Assembly (NCBI RefSeq): GCF_009914755.1
Contig: NC_060933.1
From: the human T2T-CHM13v2.0 reference genome, Homo sapiens
DNA: 64,000 nucleotides
Reading direction: 5' to 3' (one strand)
This document shows positions 26,330 through 42,100 of the stretch, in pieces. The position numbers and the translations under genes are program-made. The notes under the pieces were generated by a model. The model had not been told where the DNA came from and did no database searches. It was given only the letters and a program-made list of their open reading frames with translations. Each line of letters starts with the position of its first letter. Within the stretch, counting starts at the first letter, position 1.

Positions 26330-27450
26330 TCCATTGCATTCCATTCCATTCGATTCCATTCGATTGCACTCGGGTTGATTCCATTCCATTGCATTCCATT
26401 CCATTCCATTCCATTCCATTACATTCGGATTGATTCTATTCAATTCCCTTACACTCCATTACATTCCATTCCATTCGGGTAGTTTCCATTCCATTCCATT
26501 CCATTCCTCTCCATTCCATTGCACTCGGGTTGATTCCATTCCATTGCATTCCATTCCATTCCATTCAATTCCATTCCGTTCCATTCCATTCCATTACATT
26601 CGGATTGATTCTATTCAACTCCCTTACCCTCCATTACATTCCATTCCATTCGGGCTCTTCCATTCCATTCCATTCCATTCCACTCCATTCCATTGCACTC
26701 GGGTTTATTCCATTCCATTCCATTCCATTCCATTCCATTCCATTCCGGAAGATTCCATTCCATTGCATTCCATTCCATTCCATTCCCCTGCACTCGGGTT
26801 GATTCCATTCCATTCCACTCCATTCCGTTCCATTCCATTCCATTCCATTGTATTCGGGGTAATTCCATTCCATTCCATTCCATTCCATTCCATTCCATTC
26901 CATTCCATTACAATCGAGTTGATTCCATTCCATTCCATTCCATTCCAGTCCTTTCCATTCCATTCCACTCGGGTTGATTCCATTCTATTAGTTTCCATTC
27001 CATTCCATTCCCTTCCATTCCACTCTGGTTGATTCCATTCCTTTCCATTCCACTCGAATAAATTCCCTCCTATTCCACTCGGAACGATTCCATTCCATTC
27101 CATTCCATTCCATTCCATTCCATTCCATTCCATTTCGTTCCATTCCATTCTATTCCGTATCATTCCATTCCATTCCATTCCATTCCATTCCATTCCACTC
27201 GTGTTGATTCCATTCCTTTCCATTCCATTCGGTTTGAAGGCATTCCATTCCATTCCATTCCATTCCATTCCATTCCATTCCATTCCATTGTACTCTGGTT
27301 GATTGCATTCCATTGCATTCCATTCCATTCCATTCCGTTGCATTCCATTCCATTACATTCGGATTGATTCTATTCAACTCAATTACATTCCATTACATTC
27401 CATTCCATTCGGGTTGTTCCATTCCATTCCATTCCATTCCACTCCATTCC
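26330..27450 (+). repeat. Partial third copy (~1.1 kb) of the 4.65 kb unit (matches ~15230-16360 and ~19910-21000)
   Basis: Carries variants I saw only in that unit: GGGCTCTTCC (26652), TATTCGGGGTAATT (26851), GAATAAATTCC (27056), TACTCTGGTTGATTGC (27291), CAACTCAATTACATT (~27375). Confidence 0.88.
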
Positions 27451-30400
27451 ATTGCACTCGGGTTTATTCCATTCCATTCCATTCCATTCCGGAAGATTCC
27501 ATTCCATTGCATTCCATTCCATTCCATTCCCCTGCACTCGCGTTGATTGCATTCCATTCCATTCCATTCCATTCCATCCCTTCCGTTCCCTTCCATTCCA
27601 TTCCATTCCGTTCCGTTCCATTCCATTCCATTCCATTCTATTCGGGTTAATTCCATTCCATTCCATTCGATTGAAATCGAGTTGATTCCATTCTATTCCA
27701 TTCCTTTCCATTCCATTACGGATGATTCCATTCCATTGCATTCCATTCCATTCCATTCCCCTGTACTCGGGATGATTCCATTCCATTCCATTCCAATCCA
27801 TGCCATTCCACTCGTGTTGATTCCATTCTTTCCATTCCATTCAAGTTGAATCCATTCCATTGCATTCCATTCCATTCGATTCCATTCGATTGCACTCGGG
27901 TTGATTCCATTCCATTGCATTCCATTCCATTCCATTCCATTCCATTCCGTTCCATTCCATTCCTTTACATTCGGATTGATTCTATTCAATTCCCTTACAC
28001 TCCATTACATTCCATTCCATTCGGGTAGTTTCCATTCCATTCCATTCCATTCCTCTCCATTCCATTGCACTCGGGTTGATTCGATTCTATTGCATTCCAT
28101 TCCATTCCGTTCCATTCCATTCCGTTCCATTCCATTCGATTACATTCGGATTGATTCTATTCAACTCCCTTACTCTCCATTACATTCCATTCCATTCGGG
28201 TTGTTCCATTCCATTCCATTCCATTCCACTCCATTCCATTGCACTCGTGTTGATTCCATTCCATTCCATTCCATTCCATTCCATTCTGGAAGATTCCATT
28301 CCATTGCATTCCATTCCATTCCATTCCCCTGCACTCGCGTTGATTCCATTCCATTCCATTCTATTCCATTCCATTCCCTTCCTTTCCGTTCCATTCCATT
28401 CCATTCCATTCCATTCCGTTCTGTTCCATTCCATTCCATTCCATTCTATTCGGGTTAATTCCATTCCATTCCATTCGATTGCAATCGAGTTGATTCCATT
28501 CCATTCCATTCCATTCCATTCCATTCCATTCCATTCCTTTCCATTCCATTACGGATGATTCCATTCCATTGCATTCCATTCCATTCCATTCTCCTGTACT
28601 CGGGTTGATTCCATTCCATTCCATTCCAATCCATGCCATTCCACTCGTGTTGATTCCATTCTTTCCATTCCATTCAAGTTGAATCCATTCCATTGCATTC
28701 CATTCCATTCGATTCCATTAGACTGCATTCGGGTTGATTCCATTCCATTGCATTCCATTCCATTCCATTCCATTCCATTCCATTCCATTCCATTCCGTTC
28801 CATTCCATTCCATTACATTTGGATTGATTCTATTCAATTCCCTTACACTCCATTACATTCCATTCCATTTGGATTGATTCTATTCAATTCCCTTACACTC
28901 CATTACATTCCATTCCATTCGGGTAGTTTCCATTCCATTCCATTCCATTCCTCTCTATTCCATTGAACTCGGGTTTATTCCATTCCATTGCATTCCATTC
29001 CATTCCATTCAATTCCATTCCGTTCCATTCCATTCCATTACATTCGGATTTATTCTATTCAATTCCCTTACTCTCCATTTCATTCCATTCCATTCGGGTT
29101 TTTCCATTCCATTCCATTCCATTCCACTCCATTCCATTGCACTCGTGTTGATTCCATTCCATTCCATTCCATTCCGGAAGATTCCATTCCATTGCATTCC
29201 ATTCCATTCCATTCCCCTGCACTCGCGTTGATTCCATTCCATTCCATTCCATTCCATTCTATTCCATTCCATTCCATTCCATTCTTTTCCGTTCCATTCC
29301 ATTCCATTCCAATGCATTCCATTCCGTTCCGTTGCGTTCCATTCCATTCCATTCCATTCTATTCGGGTTAATTCCATTCCATTCCATTTGATTGCAATCG
29401 AGTTGATTCCATTCCATTCCATTCCATTCCATTCCTTTCCATTCCATTACGGATGATTCCATTCCATTGCATTCCATTCCATTCCATTCCCCTGTACTCG
29501 GGTTGATTCCATTCCATTCCATTCCAATCCATGCCATTCCACTCGTGTTGATTCCATTCTTTCCATTCCATTCAAGTTGAATCCATTCCATTGCATTCCA
29601 TTCCATTCCATTCCCCTGCAGTCGGGTTGTTTCCATTCCATTCCATTCCATTCCATTCCATTCCGGATGATTCCATTCCATTGCATTCCGTTCCATTACA
29701 TTCCCCTGCACTCGCGTTGATTCCATTCCATTCCATTACTTTCCATTCAATTCCATTCCATTACAATTCGTTCCAATCCATTCTATTCCGTACCATTCCA
29801 TTCCATTCCATACCATTCCATTCCATTCCATTCCATTCCATTCCATTCGATTCCGTTCCATTCCGTTCCATTCCATTCAATTCCATTCTATTCGGGTTAA
29901 TCCCATTCCATTCCATTCCATTCCATTCTATTCCTTTCCATTGCAACCTAGTTGAATCCATTGCATTTCATTCCATTCCATTCCATTCCATTCCGGAAGA
30001 TTCCATTCCATTGCATTCCATTCCATGCCATTCCCCTGCACTCGCGTTGATTCCATTCCATTCCTTTCCATTCCATTCCATTCCGTTCCATTCCATTCCG
30101 TTCCGTTCCGTTCCATTCCATTCCATTCCGTTCCATTCCGTTCCGTTCCGTTCCGTTCCGTTCCATTCCATTCCATTCCATTCCATTCCATTCCGTTCCG
30201 TTCCATTCCATTCCATTCCATTCCATTCCATTCCATTCCATTCCTTTCCATTCCATTACGGATGATTCCATTCCATTGCATTCCATTCCATTCCATTCCC
30301 CTGTACTCGGGTTGATTCCATTCGATTGCATTCCAATCCATGCCCTTCCACTCGTGTTGATTCCATTCTTTCCATTCCATTCAAGTTGAATCCATTCCAT

Positions 30401-33400
30401 TGCATTCTATTCCATTCGATTCCATTCGATTGCACTCGGGTTGATTCCATTCCATTGCATTCCATTCCATTCCATTCCATTCCATTCCATTCCTTTCCTT
30501 TCCATTCTATTACATTCGGATTGATTCTATTCAATTCCCTTACACTCCATTAAGTTCCATTCCATTCGGGTAGTTTCCATTCCATTCCATTCCATTCCTC
30601 TCCATTCCATTGCACTCGGGTTGATTCCATTCCATTGCATTCCATTCCATTCCATTCAATTCCATTCCGTTCCACTCCATTCCATTACATTCGGATTGAT
30701 TCTATTCAACTCCCTTAGTCCCCATTACATTTCATTCCATTCGGGTTGTTCCATTCCATTCCATTCCATTCCACTCCATTCCATTGCACTCGGGTTTATT
30801 CCATTCCATTCTATTCCATTCCATTCCATTCCATTCCATTCCGGAAGATTCCATTCCATTGCATTCCATTCCATTCCATTCCCCTGCACTCGCGTTGATT
30901 CCATTCCATTCCATTCGATTCCATTCCATTCCTTTCGTTTCCGTTCCATTCCATTCCATTCCATTCCATTCCATTCCATTCCGTTCCGTTCCGTTCCGTT
31001 CCATTCCATTCCATTTCATTCTATTCGGGTTAATTCCATTCCATTCCATTCGATTGCAATCGAGTCGATTCCATTCCATTCCATTCCATTCCATTCCATT
31101 CCATTCCTTTCCATTCCATTACGGATGATTCCATTCCATTGCATTCCATTCCATTCCATTCCCCTGTACTCGGGTTGATTCCATTCCATTCCATTCCAAT
31201 GCATGCCATTCCACTCGTGTTGATTCCATTCTTTCCATTCCATTCAAGTTGAATCCATTCCATTGCATTCCATTCCATTCCATTCCCCTGCAGTCGGGTT
31301 GATTCCATTCCATTCCATTCCATTCCATTCCATTCCGTTCCGTTCCATTCCATTCCATTCCTTTCTATTCGGGTTAATTCCATTCCATTCCATTCCATTC
31401 CATTCCATTCCATTCCAATCAAGTTGATTCCATTCCATTCCATTCCATTCCATTCCATTCCATTCCATTCCACTCCATTCCAGTCCTTTCCATTCCATTC
31501 CACTCGGGTTGATTCCAATGTATTCCTTTCCATTCCATTCCATTCCATTGCAATCGAGTTGATTCCATTGCTTTGCATTCCATTCCATTCCATTCCATTC
31601 CGGATGATTCCATTCCATTGCATTGCATTCCATTCCATTCCCCTGCACTCGGGTTGATACCATTCCATTCCACTCCATTCCGTTCCATTCCATTCCATTC
31701 CATTGTATTCGGGTTAATTCCATTCCATTCCATTCCATTCCATTCCATTCCATTCCATTCCATTACAATCGAGTTTATTCCATTCCATTCCATTCCATTC
31801 CATTCCTTTCCATTCCATTCCACTCGGGTTGATTCCATTCTATTAGTTTCCATTCCATTCCATTCCCTTCCATTCCACTCTGGTTGATTCCATTCCTTTC
31901 CATTCCACTCGAATACATTCCCTCCTATTCCACTCGGAACGATTCCATTCCATTCCATTCCATTCCATTCCAATCCATTCCATTCCATTTCGTTCCATTC
32001 CATTCCATTCCGTATCATTCCATTCCATTCCATTCCATTCCATTCCATTCCATTCCATTCCATTGTACTCGGGTTGATTCCATTCCATTGCATTCCATTC
32101 CATTCCATTCCATTCCATTCCATTCCATTGCATTCCATTCCATTACATTCGGATTGATTCTATTCAACTCCCTTACTCTCCATTACATTCCATTCCATTC
32201 GGGTTGTTCCATTCCATTCCATTCCATTCCACTCCATTCCATTGCACTCGGGTTGATTCCATTCCTTTCCATTCCATTCCATTCCATTCCGGATGATTAC
32301 TTTCCATTGCATTCCGTTCCATTACATTCCCCTGCACTCGCGTTGATTCCATTCCATTCCATTCCATTCCATTCCATTCCATTCCATTACAATTCGTTCC
32401 ATTCTATTCTATTCCGTACCATTCCATTCCATTCCATGCCATTCCATTCCATTCCACTCCATTCCATTCCGTTCCATTCCGTTCCATTCCATTCCATTCC
32501 ATTCTATTCGGATTAATTCCATTCCATTCCATTCCATTCCATTCCATTCTATTCCACTCCATTGCAATCGAGTTGAATCCATTGCATTTCATTCCATTCC
32601 ATTCCATTCCATTCCATTCCATTCCATTCCATTCCGGAAGTTTCCATTCCATTGCATTCCATTCCATTCCATTCCCCTGCACTCGCGTTGATTCCATTCC
32701 ATTCCATTCCATTCCATTCCGTTCCCTTCCATTCCATTCCATTCCATTCCGTTCCGTTCCATTCCATTCCATTCCATTCTATTCGGGTTAATTCCATTCC
32801 ATTCCATTCGATTGCAATCGAGTTGATTCCATTCCATTCCATTCCAATCCATTCCATTCCATTCCATTCCATTCCTTTCCATTCCATTACGGATGATTCC
32901 ATTCCATTGCATTCCATTCCATTCCATTCCCCTGTACTCGGGTTGATTCCATTCCATTCCATTCCAATCCATGCCATTCCACTCGTGTTGATTCCATTCT
33001 TTCCATTCCATTCAAGTTGAATCCATTCCATTACATTCCATTCAATTTGATTCCATTCGATTGCACTCGGTTTGATTCCATTCCATTGCATTCCATTCCA
33101 TTCAATTCCATTCCATTCCATTCCATTCCAATCCATTCCATTCCATTCCATTCCATTACATTACATTCGGATTGATTCTATTCAATTCCCTTACAGTGCA
33201 TTACATTCCATTCCATTCGGGTAGTTTCCATTCCATTCCATTCCATTCCTCTCCATTCCATTGCACTCGGGTTGATTCCATTCCATTGCATTCCATTCCA
33301 TTCCTTTCAATTCCATTCCGTTCCATTCAATTCCATTACATTCGGATTGATTCTATTCCATTGCATTCCATTCCATTCCTTTCAATTCCATTCCGTTCCA

Positions 33401-33869
33401 TTCAATTCCATTACATTCGGATTGATTCTATTCAACTCCCTTACTCTCCATTCCATTCCATTCCATTCAGGTTGTTCCATTCCATTCCATTCCATTCCAC
33501 TCCATTCCATTGCACTCGGGTTGATTCCATTCCATTCCATTCCATTCCATTCCATTGCATTACATTTGAGTTGATTCCATTCCATTCCATTCCATTCCAT
33601 TCCATTCCAGTCCTTTCCATTCCATTCCACTCGGGTTGATTCCATTCTATTAGTTTCCATTCCATTCCATTGCCTTCCATTCCACTCTGGTTGATTCCAT
33701 TCCTTTCCATTCCACTCGAATACATTCCTTCCTATTCCACTCGGAACGATTCCATTCTATTCCATTCCATTCCATTCCATTCCATTCCATTTCGTTCCAT
33801 TCCATTCTATTCCGTATCATTCCATTCCATTCCATTCCATTCCATTCCATTCCATTCCATTCCATTCCA

Positions 33870-36125
33870 TTCCATTGTACTCGGGTTGATTCCATTCCAT
33901 TGCATTCCATTCCATTCCATTCCATTCCATTCCATTCCATTCCATTCCATTCCGTTCCATTCCATTACATTCGGATTGATTCTTTTCAACTTCCTTACTC
34001 TCCATTACATTCCATTCCATTCGGATTGTTCCATTCCATTCCATTCCATTCCACTCCATTCCATTGCACTCGGGTTGATTCCATTCCATTCCATTGCATT
34101 CCATTCCGGATGATTCCATTCCATTGCATTCCGTTCCATTACATTCCCCTGCACTCGGGTTGATTCCATTCCATTCCATTCCATTCCATTCCATTCCATT
34201 CCATTCCCCTGCACTCGCGTTGATTCCATTCCATTCCATTCCATTCCATTCCATTCCATTCTATTCCTTTCCATTCCAGTCCTTTCCATTCCATTCCACT
34301 CGGGTTGATTCCATTCTATTAGTTTCCATTCCATTCCATTCCCTTCCATTCCACTCTGGTTGATTCCATTCCTTTCCATTCCACTGGAATACATTCCCTC
34401 CTATTCCACTCGGAACGATTCCATTCCATTCCATTCCATTCCATTCCATTCCATTCCATTCCATTCCATTCCATTTCGTTCCATTCCATTCTATTCCGTA
34501 TCATTCCATTCCATTCCATTCCACTCGTGTTGATTTCATTCCTTTCCATTCCATTCGGTTTGAAGGCATTCCATTCCATTCCATTCCATTCCATTCCAGT
34601 CCATTCCATTCCATTGTACTCGGGTTGATTCCATTCCATTGCATTCCATTCCATTCCATTCCATTCCATTCCGTTGCATTCCATTCCATTTCATTCGGAT
34701 TGATTCTATTCAACTCCCTTACTCTCCATTACATTCCATTCCATTCGGGTTGTTCCATTCCATTCCGTTCCATTCCACTCCATTCCATTGCACTCGGATT
34801 GATTCCATTCCATTCCATTCCATTCCATTCCATTCCATTCCATTCCATTCCGGATGATTCCATTCCATTGCATTCCGTTCCATTACATTCCCCTGCACTC
34901 GGGTTGATTCCATTCCATTCCATTCCATTCCATTCGATTCCATTCCATTCCAATTCTTTCCATTCCATTCTATTCCGTACCATTCCATTCCATTGCATAC
35001 AATTCCATTCCATTCCATTCCACTCCGTTCCGTTCCGTTCCGTTCCATTCCGTTCCATTCCATTCCATTCCATTCTATTCGGTTTAATTCCATTCCATTC
35101 CATTCCATTCCATTCCATTCCATTCCATTCTATTACATTCCATTGCAATCGATTTGAATCCATTGCATTCCATTCCATTCCATTCCATTCCATTCCGGAA
35201 GATTCCATTCCATTGCATTCCATTCCATTCCATTCCATTCCATTCCATTCCATTCCATTGCATTCCATTGTACTCGGGTTGATTCCATTCCATTGCATTC
35301 CATTCCATTCCATTCCATTCCATTCCATTCCATTCCATTCCGTTCCATTCCATTCCGTTACATTCGGATTGATTCTTTTCAACTCCCTTACTCTCCATTA
35401 CATTCCATTCCATTCGGGTTGTTCCATTCCATTCCATTCCATTCCACTCCATTCCATTGCACTCGGGTTGATTCCATTCCATTCCATTCCATTCCATTCC
35501 GGATGATTCCATTCCATTGCATTCCGTTCCATTACATTCCCCTGCACTCGGGTTGATTCCATTCCATTCCATTCCATTCCATTCGATTCGATTCCATTCC
35601 CCTGCACTCGCGTTGATTCCATTCCATTCCATTCCATTCCATTCCATTCCATTCCATTCCTTTCCATTCCAGTCTTTTCCATTCCATTCCACTCGGGTTG
35701 ATTCCATTCTATTAGTTTCCATTCCATTCCATTCCCTTCCATTCCACTCTGGTTGATTCCATTCCTTTCCATTCCACTCGAATACATTCCCTCCTAATCC
35801 ACTCGGAACGATTCCATTCCATTCCATTCCATTCCATTCCATTCCATTTCGTTCCATTCCATTCTATTCCATATCATTCCATTCCATTCCATTCCATTCC
35901 ATTCCATTCCATTCCATTCCATTCCACTCGTGTTGATTCCATTCCTTTCCATTCCATTCGGTTTGAAGGCATTCCATTCCATTCCATTCCATTCCATTCC
36001 ATTCCATTCCATTGTACTCGGGTTGATTCCATTCCATTGCATTGCCTTCCATTCCATTCTATTCCATTCCGTTCCATTCCATTCCATTCCGTTCCATTCC
36101 ATTCCATTACATTCGGATTGATTCT
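33870..36125 (+). repeat. Partial tandem repeat, period ~1.39 kb (33870-35262, then a partial copy 35263-36125)
   Basis: TTGTACTCGGG 33875/35268 and TCTTTTCAAC 33981/35374. ORF pairs 33900..34163/35293..35556 and 34005..34394/35398..35787 are offset by 1393. Confidence 0.8.
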
Positions 36126-39100
36126 ATTCAATTCCCTTACACTCCATTACATTCCATTCCATTCGGGTAGTTTCCATTCCATTCCATTAAATTCCTCTCC
36201 ATTCCATTGCACTCGGGTTGATTCCATTACATTGCATTCCATTCCATTCCATTCAATTCCATTCCGTTCCATTCCATTCCATTACATTCGGATTGATTCT
36301 ATTCAACTCCCTTACTCTCCATTACATTCAATTCCTTTCGGGTTTTTCCATTCCATTCCATTCCATTCCACTCCATTCCATTGCACTCGGGTTGATTCCA
36401 TTCCATTCCATTCCATTCCATTCCGGAAGATTCCATTCCATTGCATTCCATTCCATTCCATTCCCCTGCACTCGCGTTGATCCCATTCCATTCCATTCCA
36501 TTCCATTCCATTCCATTCCTTTCCTTTCCATTCCATTCCATTCCATTCCATTCCATTCCAATCCACTGCATTCCGTTCCGTTCCGTTCCATTCAATTCCA
36601 TTCCATTCTATTCGGGTTAATTCCATTCCATTCCATTCGATTGCAATCGAGTTGATTCCATTCCATTCTATTCCATTCCATTCCATTCCTTTCCATTCCA
36701 GTACGGATGATTCCATTCCATTGCATTCCATTCCATTCCATTCCCCTGTACTCGGGTTGATTCCATTCCATTCCATTCCAATCCATGCCATTCCACTCGT
36801 GTTGATTCCATTCTTTCCATTCCATTCAAGTTGAATCCATTCCATTGCATTCCATTCCATTCCATTCCCCTGCAGTCGGGTTGATTCCATTCCATTCCAT
36901 TCCATTACATTCCATTCCATTGCATTCCGTTCCGTTCCATTCCATTCCATTCCATTCTATTCGGGTTAATTCCATTCCATTCCATTCCATTCCAATCGAG
37001 TTGATTCCATTCCATTCCATTCCATTCCACTCCATTCCAGTCCTTTCCATTCCACTCCACTCGGGTTGATTCCAATGTATTCCTTTCCATTCCATTCCAT
37101 TCCATTGCAATCGAGTTGATTCCATTGCTTTGCATTCCATTCCATTCCATTCCATTTCGGATGATTCCATTCCATTGCATTCCATTCCATTCCATTCCCC
37201 TGCACTCGGGTTGATTCCATTCCATTCCACTCCATTCCGTTCCATTCCATTCCATTCCATTGTATTCGGGTTAATTCCATTCCATTCCATTCCATTCCAT
37301 TCCATTCCATTACAATCGAGTTGATTCCATTCCATTCCATTCCATTCCAGTCCTTTCCATTCCATTCCACTCGGGTTGATTCCATTCTATTAGTTTCCAT
37401 TCCATTCCATTCCCTTCCATTCCACTCTGGTTGATTCCATTCCTTTCCATTCCACTCGAATACATTCCCTCCTATTCCACTCGGAACGATTCCATTCCAT
37501 TCCATTCCATTCCATTCCATTTCCTTCCATTCCATTCTATTCCGTATCATTCCATTCCATTCCATTCCATTCCATTCCATTCCATTCCATTGTACTCGGG
37601 TTGATTCAATTCCATTGCATTCCATTCCATTCCATTCCATTCCATTCCATTCAATTCCATTTCATTACAATTCGTTCCATTCCATTCTATTCCGTAGCAT
37701 TCCATTCCATTCCATACCATTCCATTCCATTCCATTCCATTCCATTCCGTTCCATTCCGTTCCATTCCATTCCATTCCATTCTATTCGGATTAATTCCAT
37801 TCCATTCCATTCCATTCCATTCTATTCCATTCCATTGCAATCGAGTTGAATCCATTGCATTTCATTCCATTCCATTCCATTCCATTCCATTCCGGAAGAT
37901 TCCATTCCATTGCATTCCATTCCATTCCATTCCCCTGGACTCGCGTTGATTCCATTCCATTCCATTCCGTTCCGTTCCATTCCATTCCATTCCATTCCAT
38001 TCCATTCCATTCCGTTCCGTTCCATTCCATTCCATTCCATTCTATTCGGGTTAATTCCATTCCATTCCATTCGATTGCAATCGAGTTGATTCCATTCCAT
38101 TCCATTGCTTTCCATTCCATTACGGATGATTCCATTCCATTGCATTCCATTCTATTCCATTCCCCTGTACTCGGGTTGATTCCATTCCATTCCATTCCAA
38201 TCCATGCCATTCCAGTCGTGTTGATTCCATTCTTTCCATTCCATTCAAGTTGAATCCATTCCATTGCATTCCATTCCATTCGATTCCATTCGATTGCACT
38301 CGGGTTGATTCCATTCCATTGCATTCCATTCCATTCCATTCCATTCCATTCCGTTCCATTCCATTCCATTACATTCGGATTGATTCTATTCAATTCCCTT
38401 TCACTCCATTACATTCCATTCCATTCGGGTAGTTTCCATTCCATTCCATTCCATTCCTCTCCATTCCATTGCACTCGGGTTGATTCCATTCCATTGCATT
38501 GCATTCCATTCCATTCAATTCCATTCCGTTCCATTCCATTCCATTACATTCGGATTGATTCTATTCAACTCCCTTACTCTCCATTACATTCCATTCCATT
38601 CGGGTTGTCCTATTCCATTCCATTCCATTCCACTCCATTCCATTGCACTCGGGTTGATTCCATTCCATTCCATTAAATTCCATTCCATTCCATTCCATTC
38701 CCTTCCATTCCATTCCGGAAGATTACATTCCATTGCATTCCATTCCATTCCATGCCCGTGCACTCGCGTTGATTCCATTCCATTCCATTCTATTCCATTC
38801 CATTCCCTTCCTTTCCGTTCCATTCCATTACATTCCATTCCATTCCGTTCCGTTCCATTCCATTCCACTCCATTCTATTCGGGTTAATTCCATTCCATTC
38901 CATTCGATTGCAATCTAGTTGATTCCATTCCATTCCATTCCATTCCATTCCATTCCATTCCATTCCATTCCTTTCCATTCCATTACGGATGATTCCATTC
39001 CATTGCATTCCATTCCATTCCATTCCCCTGTACTCGGGTTGATTCCGTTCAATTCCATTCCAATCCATGCCATTCCACTCGTGTTGATTCCATTCTTTCC

Positions 39101-42100
39101 ATTCCATTCAAGTTGATTCCATTCCATTGCATTCCATTCCATTCGATTCCATTCGGTTGCACTCAGGTTGATTCCATTCCATTGCATTCCATTCCATTCC
39201 ATTCCATTCCATTCCTTTCCATTCCATTCCATTACATTCGGATTGATTCTATTCAATTCCCTTACACTCCATTACATTCCATTCCATTCGGGTAGTTTCC
39301 ATTCCATTCCGTTCCATTCCCCTCTATTCCATTGAACTCGGGTTGATTCCATTCCATTGCCTTCCATTCCATTCCATTCCATTCCATTCCATTCCATTCC
39401 GTTCCATTCCATTCCATTACATTCGGATTTATTCTATTCAACTCCCTTACTCTCCATTACATTCCATTCCATTCGGGTTGTTCCATTCCATTCCATTCCA
39501 TTCCACTCCATTCCATTGCACTCGGGTTTATTCCATTCCATTCCATTCCATTCCATTCCATTCCATTCCATTCCATTCCGGAAGATTCCATTCCATTGCA
39601 TTCCATTCCATTCCATTCCCCTGCACTCGCGTTGATTCCATTCCATTCCATTCCATTCCATTCCATTCCATTCCATTCCTTTCCGTTCCATTCCATTCCA
39701 TTCCATTCCATTCCATTCCATTCCATTCCATTCCATTTCGTTCCATTCCATTGTATTCCGTATCATTCCATTCCATTCCATTCCATTCCATTCCATTCCA
39801 TTCCATTCCATTCCATTGTACTCGGGTTGATTCAATTCCATTGCATTCCATTCCATTCCATTCCATTCCATTCCGTTGCATTCCATTCCATTACATTCGG
39901 ATTGATTCTATTCAACTCCCTTACTCTCCATTACATTCCATTGCATTCGGGTTGTTCCATTCCATTCCATTCCATTCCACTCCATTCCATTGCACTCGGG
40001 TTGATTCCATTCCATTCCATTCCATTCCATTCCATTCCATTCCATTCCATTCCGGATGATTCCATTCCATTGCATTCCGTTCCATTACATTCCCCTGCTC
40101 TCGCGTTGATTCCATTCCATTCCATTCAATTCCATTCCATTACAATTCGTTCCATTCCATTCTATTCCGTACCATTCCATTCCATTCCATACCATTCCAT
40201 TCCATTCCTTTCCATTCCGTTCCATTCCGTTCCATTCCATTCCATTCCATTCTATTCGAATTAATTCCATTCCATTCCATTCCATTCCATTCTATTCCAT
40301 TCCATTGCAATCGAGTTGAATCCATTGCATTTCATTCCATTCCATTCCATTCCATTCCATTCCGGAAGATTCCATTCCATTGCATTCCATTCCATTCCAT
40401 TCCCCTGCACTCGCGTTGATTCCATTCCATTCCATTCCATTCCATTCCATTCCATTCCATTCCATTCCGTTCCGTTCCATTGCATTCCATTCCATTCCAT
40501 TCCGTTCCGTTCCATTTCATTCCATTCCATTCTATTCGGGTTAATTCCATTCCATTCCATTCGATTGCAATCGAGTTGATTCCATTCCATTCCATTCCAT
40601 TCCATTCCATTCCATTCCATTCCATTCCATTCCATTCCATTCCTTTCCATTCCATTATGGATGATTCCATTCCATTGCATTCCATTCCATTCCATTCCCC
40701 TGTACTCGGGTTGATTCCATTCCATTCCATTCCAATCCATGCCATTCCACTCGTGTTGATTCCATTCTTTCCATTCCATTCAAGTTGAATCCATTCCATT
40801 GCATTCCATTCCATTCGATTCCATTCGATTGCACTCGGGTTGATTCCATTCCATTGCATTCCATTCCATTCCATTCCATTCCGTTCCATTCCATTCCATT
40901 ACATTCGGATTGATTCTATTCAATTCCTTTACACTCCATTACATTCCATTCCATTCGGGTAGTTTCCATTCCATTCCATTCCATTCCTCTCCATTCCATT
41001 GCACTCGGGTTGATTCCATTCCATTGCATTCCATTCCATTCCATTCAAATCCATTCCGTTCCATTCCATTCCATTACATTCGGATTGATTCTATTCAACT
41101 CCCTTACTCTCCATTACATTGCATTCCATTCGATTTGTTCCATTCCATTCCATTCCATTCCACTCCATTCCATTGCACTCGGGTTGATTCCATTCCATTC
41201 CATTCCATTCCATTCCATTCCATTCCATTCCGGAAGATTCCATTACATTGCATTCCGTTCCATTACATTCCCCTGCAGTCGCGTTGATTCCATTCCATTC
41301 CATTCCATTCCATTCCATTACAATTCGTTCCATTCCATTCTATTCCGTACCATTCCATTCCATTCCATAGCATTCCATTCCATTCCATTTCATTCCATTG
41401 CATTCCATTCCATTCCATTCCTTTCCATTCCAATATGGATGATTCCATTCCATTGCATTCCATTCCATTCCATTCCCCTGTACTCAGGTTGATTCCATTC
41501 CATTTCATTCCAATCCATGCCATTCCACTCGTGTTGATTCCAATCTTTGCATTCCATTCAAGTTGAATCCATTCCATTGCATTCCATTCAATTCGATTCC
41601 ATTCGATTGCACTCGGGTTGATTCCATTCCATTGCATTCCATTCCATTCCTTTCCATTCCATTCCATTCCGTTCCATTCCATTACTTTACATTCGGATTG
41701 ATTCTATTCAATTCCCTTACACTCCATTCCATTCCATTCCATTCGGGTAGTTTCCATTCCATTCCATTCCATTCCATTCCTCTCCATTCCATTGCACTCG
41801 GGTTGATTCCTTTCCATTGCATTCCATTCCATTCCATTCAATTCCATTCCGTTCCATTCCATTCCATTACATTCGGATTGATTCTATTCAACTCCCTTAC
41901 TCTCCATTACATTCCATTCCATTCGGGTTGTTCCATTCCATTCCATTCCATTCCACTCCATTCCATTGCACTCGGGTTGATTCCATTCCATTCCATTCCA
42001 TTCCATTCCATTCCATTCCGGAAGATTCCATTCCATTCCATTCCATTCCATTCCATTCCATTCCATTCCTATCCGTTCCATTCCATTCCATTCCATTCCA

